In this document: positions 52,171 through 64,000 of the stretch, piece after piece
How the letters are laid out: each line of letters begins with the position of its first letter
Numbering within the stretch: position 1 is the stretch's first letter
Assembly: GCF_021869535.1 (NCBI RefSeq)
Contig: NW_026262667.1
Coordinates: forward strand, 2,356,001-2,420,000
Length of the DNA: 64,000 bases
Direction: 5' to 3'
DNA from: Mytilus californianus
Lineage: Eukaryota
The notes under the pieces: generated by a model
Databases searched by the model: none
Told to the model about the DNA's origin: nothing
What the model saw: the letters and a program-made list of their open reading frames with translations, nothing else
Translations under genes and position numbers: made by a program

Positions 52171-55100
52171 TTATAAAGGGAGAGACGCATTTATTTCTTT
52201 TCGTCTTCTTGACAGTCAATAAAAAGTTTAACACTTTGAGATTTTGATGTATAATAAGTAAAGTGGCAAGCATACATTTAAAGATTTGTTTGTTTTATTG
52301 TTGAAATGTTCATTTAATCATATTAACTTCAACATATTGTAATTTGCATTACATTGCATTTTGTAGTTTTTACTATGACAGATACATTATTTACCTCTTT
52401 AGTTAGAATGGCTTTAGCAAATACAGTTGTGTCATCGTTATACTTATTATTTCTGTATTTGAGTTGAAGACATTGCTCGTCACCATCTTCGACCCAAGGT
52501 GTGGACGCTTCAACATTGTCATTACTATATGCACCGCTGTGTATCTATCAAGGAAAAATATTTTTTTTTTTATAAATGGTTTATTTAAATTTTTGTTCAG
52601 TTTTTCTTTCAAAAACAATCCAGATATATACTTATTAATTGAAGTAACTCAAATTTTGGAACAAAATTAACATATCCTAAAAAGGAGATGAAAATCAACG
52701 GCTCTTGAAATTATTCCAACTGAGTCAAACTTTGAGAAAATCGCATAAATTTCTAGCATAGCGATCCTGATGTGTCGACAGGGTTAATATCTCCTGTAAT
52801 GCATACATAATCTTATTTTGAATCCAAACATAAATGCCACAACAGTTTATAGAACACAATCTGCTGATTTATAGACGACGATTTTGGTTTATAACAATAG
52901 CAACTTAAAACTATTAAAACATAGCAAATTATCAAAGGGACAATGGAAAACATAAACATATTGAAAATATTTCAATTTGGCTTTATTTTTGAGTGGACTT
53001 TTTCTTTTATGTAAATCACATACTTACATCTACTAAAACGTCTTCATTTCTTACATTCTGATCTCCAATTAAACATATATGCTTTTTACTTCTATGTAAA
53101 TTGTCGAAGACCTGTGAAATATTGAGACACGTTTGTTATGACGACTCATAATTGCATTCAACATATTTTTATTTTAGTTTTAAGCAGGAACTAGATGAAT
53201 GCTGGAATAAAACTTTATACTTTCAGTGTGCGTCACAATAACCAGTCAATTGTAAACAAATGTTATTCGAAATACCAGTAGGTTATACTACAACCAGAAA
53301 CAATGTTAAACTTTCAAAGGAACATATCTGTTATAGTTTCAAGTAAACACCAATAAAAGAACAATAGATAGGAAAGCAAGGTTAACGTCAGAGAGATTAG
53401 GCTATTCTTATCATTCTGATTTTTATCACGGTTGATATATCAAATGTATTTAGTCTAATTGGTTGATTGATGTTGTTTACTGAACATGCAGTGGAAAATA
53501 GTTCATGCATATTCAGGAGGAGAACAAATTAAGCAGGTAGATTTTGAACTGTGTGTCTAAGTTGACAACTTGTAGCAACCACCATCCCGTCCTCTTTTCA
53601 TCTATTGTGGCATTACCGTATGCGACTTGTCATCGTTTTTTATATGCAACTAGAAATACGAAAGTTGCCACTACAGAAGCAGGAACTGCTCACCCTTGCG
53701 GACGAACTGAATTCATCCTGGTTTTTTGTGGTCTTGGCATTGCTAAATCTTTTTTTTTTCTGTAAAAGATTTTGTTATTTAATAATTACACTTCAATCTT
53801 GCATGCCACTTCGTATGTTGTAATACTGTTCCAGTTGATATTCACTATTACCGAAAAGGTGTAATATGGCATAAATTTGTAGGGGAACGGCACAGAGGTT
53901 TAAAGCAAAAGCAGATATGTGGTGAGCATGAGTTATCTCTCTACAATACATAATTTCTGATAAGTTTGTCCGATGCATTTTTAATTTTATTATCATGCAT
54001 TAGAGATAAATTGCTTTATTTAATACACAGATACCAATACATGAACCCTAGGACCGAGACGGATAAAAAGTATGTCGTTTTTTTGTTATTTTCTGTGAAA
54101 CAAACTTTAGTTATAATAACAACTAGAGGTAGCCCCAAAACAATCTGATAAATAAAGTAGAGTCACCTCTCATTAAATACAGAAATTAAAGAAAGAAAAT
54201 ATGTTCAAAGTATAAAAATTGATTTCATAAAACAAATACATGGAAAGAGAGCGACATCTGATCAATACAAGCAGTTAGCTATATAGGCATGCTTTCCTAT
54301 TGTTTTAATGAATATTTGAGCAAATTCAGAATTTCAAAGGAATGTTTAAAAAAAATTATTGACACCATGGTAAAACATTTGTTGGTTCAGATATACAATT
54401 GCGATAATCACCTTGACGAAGGTCTAACAGCTATTTTATGCTAACTGAATTAACTACTTTGTTTAACAAATAAACAACAAACATTTATAGAGATATGAAC
54501 AAAAATAACATGTAAAAACGAAATTTGTGATTTCACTTCCATCCAATTTCAGTTTGAAGCTGTAGATTTTAAAAGCTAGTTAAAACGATCTAATATATGA
54601 AAAATATATTCTTGACGGCAGAGGCTAATTTTGTTTATCAAAGAGGTCGTTAGAGATGAATCATTTTATGAAACAATCTATAAGGATTACAGTTATAATT
54701 AAAAGGTTTTTTCTTTTGAATCATAAATATGATTAATAAAAATTGTTTCAAGGTTGTACACGTTTCTTGAGAAAAAAGGACCGACCATATATCTTATTTG
54801 GTAAATGGATTTGTATATGGAATATAAAAGATATGCTATATGAAGAAAAGTTTTAATTTTTTTTAACATAATAAGTTAAAAACGTTTGGTTGGAAAAAAG
54901 AGGCGGAATATACAAAGAGGACACCTAAAGCTCACACGTCATTCAATATGCTTGAAAATAAACAAAGACATTTTGGAATCAATAAGAAATTTAACAGACG
55001 GATATCAAACAAATGACAATTAAATCAACAGAAATAAAAGGACATAACACAGATAAAAGAGAAATGCGAACAGCAGAGACAAATAGTAATATAAGTGCAT

Positions 55101-55234
55101 GTACTTAAATGTCTCATTAATTGACGAAAGTCATGCCAAGGGAAGGCAATAGACAGTTTCTATACAATACATCTAGCTCTAAATCCTGAATAGGTATGAA
55201 TAAATGGAATCCATTCAAGATCTTTCATCAAATA

Positions 55235-55474
55235 TTGCTTATTTAATCGAACACCGAATATTTTTGAAAACTTCGGTGAAGATAACAACTTCTGTAACGG
55301 CATTGTAGCTTCTCAATCAATTTAAAGTCTAGATTATTTATTATTTTTTTCGGGTTTTGTAGATATTTAAATAATATGGTACCTTATTTCATAAGTTACA
55401 ACTTCCATGGAAACAAAAACATTAATCATATAAATGGATTTTCTTAAGTTGGGAGGACAATTTATGAATTTTTC

Positions 55475-55537
<63 letters not shown>

Positions 55538-55775
55538 GCTTATTTAATCGAACACCGAATATTTTTGAAAACTTCGGTGAAGATAACAACTTCTGTAACG
55601 GCATTGTAGCTTCTCAATCAATTTAAAGTCTAGATTATTTATTATTTTTTTCGGGTTTTGTAGATATTTAAATAATATGGTACCTTATTTCATAAGTTAC
55701 AACTTCCATGGAAACAAAAACATTAATCATATAAATGGATTTTCTTAAGTTGGGAGGACAATTTATGAATTTTTC

Positions 55776-55815
<40 letters not shown>
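55235..55815. repeat. Perfect tandem duplication with a 301-bp period, each copy ending in (GA)n
   Basis: Copies start at 55235 and 55536; the GA tracts span 55479-55535 and 55780-55815. Confidence 0.95.
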
Positions 55816-55817
<2 letters not shown>

Positions 55818-55899
55818 CGGCATGTAAAAATCTTGATAATTTACTTTTATGTACCTTTCTAAAAAAAGAACTTTTAACACTGTGCATTCAAAATCGAAT

Positions 55900-56514
55900 T
55901 CACAAAAAAATAAACACAAAAATACATATACATACATAAACATCTTTCTCTGCGAGATTTCCTTGGTAAATGTTTTCTATCTTCAGTTGCTTTTCACATT
56001 TGTCAAGACATAAACGTAAAATAATAAGTAATAAGAAAATAAACAATGCAGTTGCACTAACGATAATACTATTGTAAGAAACACTTATTGAAGCGAAGCA
56101 TGTTCCTTCAGAAATGTTGCATGTGCATATAGTAAGAAGACTTTCGTTGAAATTGTTGCAATTTTGGCAAACTTCTTCACACGCTAAACATGATTTGTTA
56201 GTTTGATTCATATAGTATCCACTTGGACATTTGTTGACACAACTCAGATAAACATGTAAATCATTGATAAGACCCGTTACGTTCACAGGTGGGACTGACG
56301 TAGTTGAAGTTATTGAATGGTTAACGAAAATTCTCTGAGAACTATGTGTACTTGAATGTGTTATAGTAGTCATTTCACTTTCTGTCAAACCTGAATTTTC
56401 ACATGGAGTTGCATTAATGACTGTTGATGATATATAGAGAAGTGAGCCTTTTGGGCACGAATTTTCACACGATTTGACATCTTTACAGTCGAGAAGACAT
56501 CCGTTTAGGTCAAC
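55900..56514 (-). CDS. Exon encoding a Ser/Thr-rich stalk, a furin-like Cys-rich repeat and one transmembrane helix (receptor-like membrane protein)
   Basis: Acceptor TTTTCAG at 56515 in phase 0, followed by CVNKCPSGYYMNQTNKSCLACEEVCQNC, several N-x-S/T sequons and the TM segment IIVSATALFIFLLLIILRLCL. There is a possible donor GTATGT at 55935. Confidence 0.65.
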   Translation of the reverse strand, partial: VDLNGCLLDCKDVKSCENSCPKGSLLYISSTVINATPCENSGLTESEMTTITHSSTHSSQRIFVNHSITSTTSVPPVNVTGLINDLHVYLSCVNKCPSGYYMNQTNKSCLACEEVCQNCNNFNESLLTICTCNISEGTCFASISVSYNSIIVSATALFIFLLLIILRLCLDKCEKQLKIENIYQGNLAEKDVYVCICIFVFIFL

Positions 56515-57752
56515 CTGAAAATGTATAAAGCAAAGCAAAACATCTAATTAATCAATGAAACTATGTCAATTATCTCCATACAGGGCCTAATCTAGGATAT
56601 GTTTAAGAATGATTCTAGGCCAATAAATAAAGATATCGGTCAACAAAATATTAATTAGCAATTATAGAGCTTATTTTTGATTCTTTTCAAAAAACAAAAG
56701 TCACTCACACAAAAATAACGAATTGGTCTTGTTAACAAAACAACGGTTGATGATCTCCAGCAGACCAAGCGTCATACGTTTTCTTACAATCCACTTATCC
56801 GTCATCTGATTTTAACTTTTGAATATTTTAAATTAAAAGAGTAGCAAGAAATCACCCTTTAATTTCCACTCCTAAACCTACCGAAGACTCATAATAAATT
56901 AAAGGAATACAAATCAGCTGAGTGGTTACGCAAAATCCTCATAACGCAAATCAACGTCAAATTATATTCAAACAATTGCACGATTTCCTGATTAATTGGT
57001 TTGAATGTGAAAGCCATGGAGGTACAAAGACGCCGTTCTATTTATTTCATTTAAATCATCAACAGTATTAGTCCTCCGTCACTTTGAATATCTCGATTTT
57101 CTTTGTCAGTAGACATTTATGTTGACATGTGCGACTTGAAAATCACAAGTTGTCTTCCTTATACCGAATTTGATGGCGCTATGAAGTCTGTTGTTTGGCG
57201 AGTTTTAATTATTTTTAAAGACTCCAAGTAATACATTCAAATTATTATAAACAAAGATTCCATAGATGTATCGATGCCCAAAACTCGTAAATACACTGTG
57301 AATACTGTTATGATATTGCAACTATCATATATATTTAGTTGGCTTAATTTGTTTTGTGTGGCCTATTATATATTTTTCTATTGTGTACAAAATAATACAC
57401 ATTGTGTTACAACTATGCAGTTTAGCAATAACTGGAACAATCATTGATACTCATGGAATGATTAGAACTTTCTATTTCACTTACATAACGTTTCCAGAAT
57501 GATCATAACAAAAGATGCGCAATTTAAATATCTACCGATATCTAGAAGTTTCCGTTTGAGTATATATACAAGTATGCAGACCCTAAAGTTAGAGATAGAC
57601 TTAGACATCGATAGACATCAACATTCTCAGCAGTTGGATTGACACTTTTATTTACTAACAACATCATACTAAATTGTGACCTATTGGACGTAATATTCTG
57701 TGGATTCCCGTGAGGATTTCCGGATAAAGACAAGATAAAAGATTGGACTCAT

Positions 57753-57832
57753 ATTGAAAATGCTCAGTGATAATGATACAAATACACTAATGTATTATAA
57801 AGCATGTATCAATATCACTGAGCATTTTCAAT
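57753..57832. other. 80-nt near-perfect hairpin (28-bp arms with one mismatch, 24-nt loop)
   Basis: ATTGAAAATGCTCAGTGATA-A-TGATACA ... TGTATCA-A-TATCACTGAGCATTTTCAAT. Confidence 0.85.
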
Positions 57833-58942
57833 GAAAATATTTCACTTTTTATTGTGAAGTTAGTTGTATATTGACTAAGTTCATTGAATTGACTTTTAAA
57901 TAATTGATTTATCTGTTATCTAATTATTTGTACAAAAAAAAATGAAACTACACAATGAAAACAAAAACACGAATACATAGAAATTACAGATAAACAATGC
58001 CTATAAAGTTTGAACAGACTATACAATTAGAAGCTTGTCTATTTTGTTTACTTAATAAGAAGATCATTGTATAATAAACAAAAGTAGGCAAACAAGGAGT
58101 AAACCGTTCTTTCTTCAGTAACACAAATGACCTTCAAAAGGTTTACATTATTATGAATTACTCTACGATATGGGTTTTACTCATTGTTTAAGGCGGTACA
58201 GTGACAAATAGTTGCTTACATCTACGTCATTTGGGCTCTGGTGGATAATTGTCTCATTGACAATCATACCACATCTTCTTGTCGTATCGGAGTGTTTCTA
58301 AACATTTTAACCTGGCTGGTCTGTAGTATTGGCCAAACGCCAAGAAATAACAATTTTCATCATAATGGTTCTCTATCATTGTACGACTGCCCTACTAGAA
58401 CCCCATTTAAAAATATTAATAAAGGGCATATACCTTCTTACAGTTTGAGATATTCCTAAATTCAAATTGCAGTCTCATAGTTTTAAGAATATCTGACTTA
58501 TCTTTATAGTTTACGGAAACTGCCACGGGCAAGCTCATATCGCAGGAAGTAAATGAATAAATTGATAAATTGAACATAAATGTACAAATGAATATATTAA
58601 TTTGGAAACTTAAAACGACGCTTTTATCACGCAATTGTGAAAGATTATTAAAACCGGACGAAAATATCAACAATCAATTGTCTCGATTGATCAATTTTAT
58701 TATCCGTTAAGAGTTTTAACTCAACATAAATTTGAACAAACGTATTATATGTCACGCAAGCTGCATGCAACCTATACATTAAGGCTTCACGTAATTTTGT
58801 CTTTTTATAACAACTTCATATCAACCGAAAACATTTGATTCGACCTTTACATATTTTGTTATTTATTTGTATCTGTTCTAGATAGTAATGCTTTAAATAA
58901 ATAAGTAGATGAATAAATAAATAGATAAATAAATAATAAGTG

Positions 58943-59096
58943 NNNNNNNNNNNNNNNNNNNNNNNNNNNNNNNNNNNNNNNNNNNNNNNNNNNNNNNNNN
59001 NNNNNNNNNNNNNNNNNNNNNNNNNNNNNNNNNNNNNNNNNNNNNNNNNNNNNNNNNNNNNNNNNNNNNNNNNNNNNNNNNNNNNNNNNNNNNNNN
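58943..59096. other. Assembly gap (N run)
   Basis: 154 consecutive N bases. Confidence 1.
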
Positions 59097-59513
59097 CGTA
59101 AATGAAAAAAAGAAATGATTTTGAATTGTCAATTATTGAAATTTCAAGGTTTAAAATGATTTTTAAAAACAGGTTTTGGTGAAGTATAGTAAATATAACG
59201 TGTGTGAGTGAATGTCAAATAAATGAAACAAGAATTAAGACTTTATATACAATATATCTTCCTTTAGATGAGAACATGCATGTTTGTAACAGCATGAAAG
59301 TTTCATACCCAAAATGTATGCATTTAGTACATACGATATGATTTCCTGAGACACAACATGAGTTTCTTGAATAACTCGCATAGGTATGCTTGATGACCAA
59401 AAGTTTAGACAATACAAAATATGCGGTAACATAAAGTCCATTCGGCACAGAATACTGATATTAGCTATTTGCATTTCGACACTTTTACGGAAATGATTGT
59501 AAGGCATTTAAGA

Positions 59514-60540
59514 TAAAGATAAGGAGATGAGGTATGATTGCCAATGGAACAACTATCCACCAAAGTTCAAATAAAGTGGATGTAAGCAATTATAGGCAAC
59601 CGTATGGCCTTCAACAATGAGAAACACACATACCGTATAGTCAGCTATAAAAGGCCCCGACATGAAAAATATGAAACAATTCAATTGAGAAAACTAACGG
59701 CCTAATTTATAACAAAACAATTAACGAAAAACAAATATGACAGACATGAACCAACGACAACCACTGAACTACAGGCTCCTGACTTGGGACAGGCACATAA
59801 AGAATGTGGCGGGGTTAAACATGTTTGTGAGCGCTCAACCCTCCCCTTACCTGGGACAGTGTTGTAACAGCACAACATAAGAACAAACTATAAAAATCAG
59901 TTGAAAAAGACTTAACTCATCAGATTGATACAATGCAGAATAACATCAAACATAAACACAGACCGAACATGGCTTGGTATTTATCCATCCATCATCCCTA
60001 ACAACAAAAAGGATACCAAGTACAGATCTGAGAGAACTCGCAGTTACTAACAGCTAGTTCAAAGCCAATAACAACTAATAAAAAAAATCATGTATCTTAG
60101 ACTAAAATATCAATCAGTACACATCCAATATCCAATGGATTTAGTATAAAGACGTCATTAACAGTCAGAAAAAATACGACCTTGTGCAATGCCAAAATGA
60201 CAAACGATCGACAGATTGTAGTACCGTTAAAGTGCATATGTGTATAACAAAACTATTAGTATGATTTTAATTTACTGATAAAAAAATCAATATTTATACC
60301 AATAAAAACAATATTCAAAGATTTAATTACAGTGTTGAATTGGTAACCTTTGAGAATAAGTTTATTTAAAGGATTGATAAGTTTACACGGATCGTATATA
60401 AATTTCCGGGCTCGGCAAACAACATCACCGTAAAATTGAGGATGTGCTATTCCGTCTGAAATAAGTTTTTTACAGGTACAGTCAAACCTGCAAACCAAAT
60501 CTTTGTATTTATGGAAGAATTTAGTAAAGGTCAATTTACA
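59514..60540 (-). mobile_element. 3' portion of a Naiad-type element (RT thumb plus 3' UTR)
   Basis: ORF 60256-60534 reads FTKFFHKYKDL...GIAHPQFYG...LINPLNKLILKGY. The UTR is shared with 11020-11170, 38985-39165 and 47570-47655. Confidence 0.78.
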
Positions 60541-63299
60541 GTCAATGGACTATGTCACAGATTTTGGTACAATTTTGTATACAACTTTAGCTCGTTAAAC
60601 TGTAACTGAAAATCTCTGAAATTTAACTGAATTTGTCTTAAAATCATCAAATCTCCAATTTCGAATAAATAGATTTTTCTTTAAAAAATGTATTTTGTTG
60701 ATAAAAATATTTCCGTTTTAATGGTGTAAAATAATAATAAGATCATCGACTTTGTTTTTTACGGAATAATTTATTCAAAGTTGTGTTCCAGGTGAAAAAA
60801 AAAACACAAAACGTCGAAAAATGCGTAACGTCATCGCGTTGTAATCCGTCGTTTTGTTTACGTTTTTCAATACCAACCAGGTAACATATTTGTTAAAACA
60901 CCAAAAACGAAGTCGGTAACCAATTGATTATTTTATATCATTAAAACGGAAATTTATGTCAACACCCGAATGCAATTTTGATTTTAAAAGATACTTTTCC
61001 TTAAAATTCAATTATTCATTCTTTTGAACTAGTTGACTAGTAAAGTACCACAATTATCTTCTATCTATTGATCTGAATGTATGGTACTTCAAATGGACTC
61101 TAGATAAATTCAATAACTTACTTTTGATGTATTTTGTGATATCAACAACGACAAAAATACAGCTATCTTTTCCATATTTTAAACTGAATGTGACTTTAAC
61201 ATTTATATATACATATATATTACGAGCAAATTCTTGACAAACACTAAATAACACATAGGATTGTACTAGTAATTGTAATCAACATAATCAGCAATAAGAT
61301 AACCATTATACAGCAATACTTATATAATATTTCAAAATGATTACTCTCCCGTGAAGAAAAATATACTTATAATACATCCCTTTTGTTAATGTATTGTAAA
61401 GATAATACTTAGTCATGTAACAGGAACATTAAAATGGAATTTCATAAACGTCCTTATAGACAAAGTTATATTGAAAGGTCTGCTAAAGTTTAAACTCTCT
61501 CAGGCAAAGTTAATCTTAGATCGATTTGGCTTTTTTATGGTCCTTTTTGGTCATATACGTCTTCAACTGTTTGGTTTTCATAAATCCTTGGGTTTCAAAT
61601 ATTCGACTTTGAGCGTTCCTGTTGTATGTAAATCAGGAAAAGCACTTCGTACGCATGAAATTTATAAAGTGTAGTGTTCATTTTATTCTGTCAAATGCTC
61701 CACGAAAGCTCTTTCCAAATTACTTACATCGTTGTTTTAAGCTTTCAACACTGGGCTTCAAATTACTGTAAAAATACCTACGATGTTGAGACTTTTATTA
61801 TTTTAAATATCTGTTAGCTAGAGAAATCTAAAATGTAACCCCCTCTTATCATGCAAAACAATATATCCGTATGACTTCAAGTGTTTTTTTTTAATTCGAA
61901 ACGGAAATGCTGATTGAAAAAACAGTCCAACTTTGTTCCACATAAAGCATAAATACAATTATATTGGTTTAAGAAAGAAAAATAAATCATACACTGTTAA
62001 AATCTCTGTAATTTAATCAAAGAGTCTCTGGGAAAAAAACATCACCATAATCTGTCAATCTTTTTTCGAAAATTTTTTATTACGTTCGATGAACGTGTTT
62101 TACAGACAAGTGGCAAATGCTGCTCTTGTCTTGCGACTTGTTCTTTTATTCGTAAAAGGTAGACTTCATGCAAAATCTCTTAAAAAATTGAATGAAGCGG
62201 CTTTATCTTTTAATTGAAATTACCCTATACATGATGTATGATGTCGTCTCATTTAACAATTCAAGTAGGGTTCGCTTCATATGTCATTAATTATATATCG
62301 AAATTGACATTCGGTTCGGTAGGGATCTTTATTTTCAACAAATGATCATATTTTTCCCATTGTGAATATTCCATTTGCAATCAGCAACATTCTAGAAGCA
62401 CCTCCATATATATGGTATTGATCCCCTCAGTTGATAATTTATTTCAGGGTTTGCATTTTCCTTTTATGATTTCATCTTGTTTGCATGAATACATATTATC
62501 TCTTCGAAGACTGTATGCATACCATTATTTGATTGACTATGTATTATATTTATCACGGTAGACCCCGGATATATTTCATTTGTTAAAGACACATTGAGAT
62601 TTCGTCCCAACTTCAGCCTTAATGATATACCTACCGGATTGTGCTTTCCATAAACAACACTGCAATTGTTTCTAGCGGAAACGGAGATATGCCTTTTGAG
62701 GTCATCCCAGTTTTTGGTAAGATTCATGTTCCACCAGCGTTTTTAATAAAGGGAAATGTGGGGAATACTATTATGTCAGTGAAACAGCAAACCAACTAAA
62801 AATAACAAAAAGACAACTTGAGGGCAATATACAAATTTTAACAGGTTCCATACAAAATGTCAACCTCTAAGTTGTCCCGAGAATATCAAAATTGTGAATA
62901 AATTTACCAAAACTAATTAAAGATCTGCCTTCAAAACCCATTTCTCCACATAACGAAAACATTAAAGTAAGGCACACAACAACTGCTGACGAGGTTGCTG
63001 ACTTGGAAGATGCTTTTGGTACCTTATTTCCCCTAAAAAAGGCTATTAGCAAATCGAAATGTTTGAAATATTCAGAAAACCTAATAGGATATTTTCAGGC
63101 CGACACAGAACATATTTACACCTTCGAGTGACAATCCAAATGTAATCTAATTTTCCTTAAAAACTGAACTTGTGCTCACAATAAAATTTTATAAACGCAA
63201 AGTAAATGATCGTTTATGGTAATTCTAATAGATGGAAAGAAACAGCACTGCAATGGTTTTTGTAAGGGGTAAAATGGTAGACTTCATGGGAATCCTAAA

Positions 63300-63450
63300 T
63301 TTAATATTGTAACCCGGTATCTATGATGAGTTTGTTTACAATCATTGGGCTGATGCCACTGCTGTTAGAGGTTTCCTCCCTGAGGGATTCATTAGACCAG
63401 TAGTCAGCACTTATGTGTTGACATGAATTATCGTTCATATAGTCATATAT
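63300..63450. mobile_element. Retrozyme-like repeat fragment containing the second hammerhead-like motif
   Basis: Minus strand 63395-63368 reads CTAATGA-atCCCTcAGGGag-GAAAC-CTC. Both ends overlap the 566-833 fragment. Confidence 0.6.
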
Positions 63451-63451
63451 A

Positions 63452-63900
63452 GATATAAGAAGATGTAGTATGAGTGCCAATGAGACAACTCTTTTTCCAA
63501 GTCAAAATTTATAAAAGTACGGTCTTCAACACAGAGCCTTGGCTCGCTCACACCGAACAGTAAGCTATAAAGGGCCCCAAAAATTACTAGTGTAAAACCA
63601 TTCAAACGGGAAAACCAACGGTCTAATCTATATAAAAAACGAGAAACGAGAAACACTTATGAACCACATCAACAAACGACAACAACTGAACATCAGATTC
63701 CTGACTTAGGACAGGTGCAAACAATTGCAGCGGGTTTAAACGTTTTAATGATACCAAACCTTCACCCTTATCTGAAACAATAGTGTAACATCACAACAAA
63801 GAAAGACACACTATAAAATATGAATTGAAATGGCTTAACTCAATCAAAAGACATATTAACACCAGTGAACATACACTGAACAAATAAATTTGATCTATGA
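63452..63900 (-). mobile_element. Naiad 3' end
   Basis: Near-identical to the reverse complement of 14282-14583. Confidence 0.75.
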
Positions 63901-64000
63901 TACAATGTTAATACAAAATAAATAAACTAAGGGAAGAATAATTAAAGCAACACGTTATACCGCTGTGAAATGTTAAACAATTTAAGAAAAACAATATGCT

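Noticed and set aside
58893-59132. ORF spanning the N run
   Set aside because: An artefact of the assembly gap.
62464-63052. ORFs 62464-62727 and 62867-63052 as exons
   Set aside because: No recognisable motifs and only weak splice support.

Overview
This is AT-rich, repeat-dominated eukaryotic DNA, most likely from a bivalve mollusc of the Mytilus type (inferred from the repeat families; not verified). There are no prokaryotic features, CRISPR arrays, rRNA or tRNA genes. Contents from left to right: (1) a decayed Polinton/adintovirus-like fossil (~2.2-6.2 kb) with a protein-primed PolB carrying an endonuclease VII-like insert and an adenain-type protease, partly copied as an old inverted duplication; (2) many Naiad-type Penelope-like retroelements, including two long RT copies (6.6-8.4 kb and 42.2-44.6 kb) and numerous 3' ends; (3) a young ~168-bp tandem array of 12 units; (4) a spliced minus-strand gene for a NAL1-like trypsin-fold serine protease with a complete His/Asp/Ser triad and a frame break in the last exon; (5) SINEs, MITEs and Helentron-type non-autonomous elements with tandem cores; (6) a near-complete, decayed Ngaro-type tyrosine-recombinase retrotransposon with split direct repeats and an SGNH hydrolase ORF (45.2-51.1 kb); (7) an exon encoding a furin-like Cys-rich, single-TM receptor-like protein; and (8) fragments of a ~350-bp retrozyme-like repeat. 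The most intriguing signal is that this repeat appears to carry hammerhead-like motifs in both polarities that are mutually complementary, a viroid-like layout, and that it is fused to Naiad 5'-truncation points in two places. Coordinates of decayed elements are approximate, and all family assignments come from motifs recognised by eye, not from database searches.
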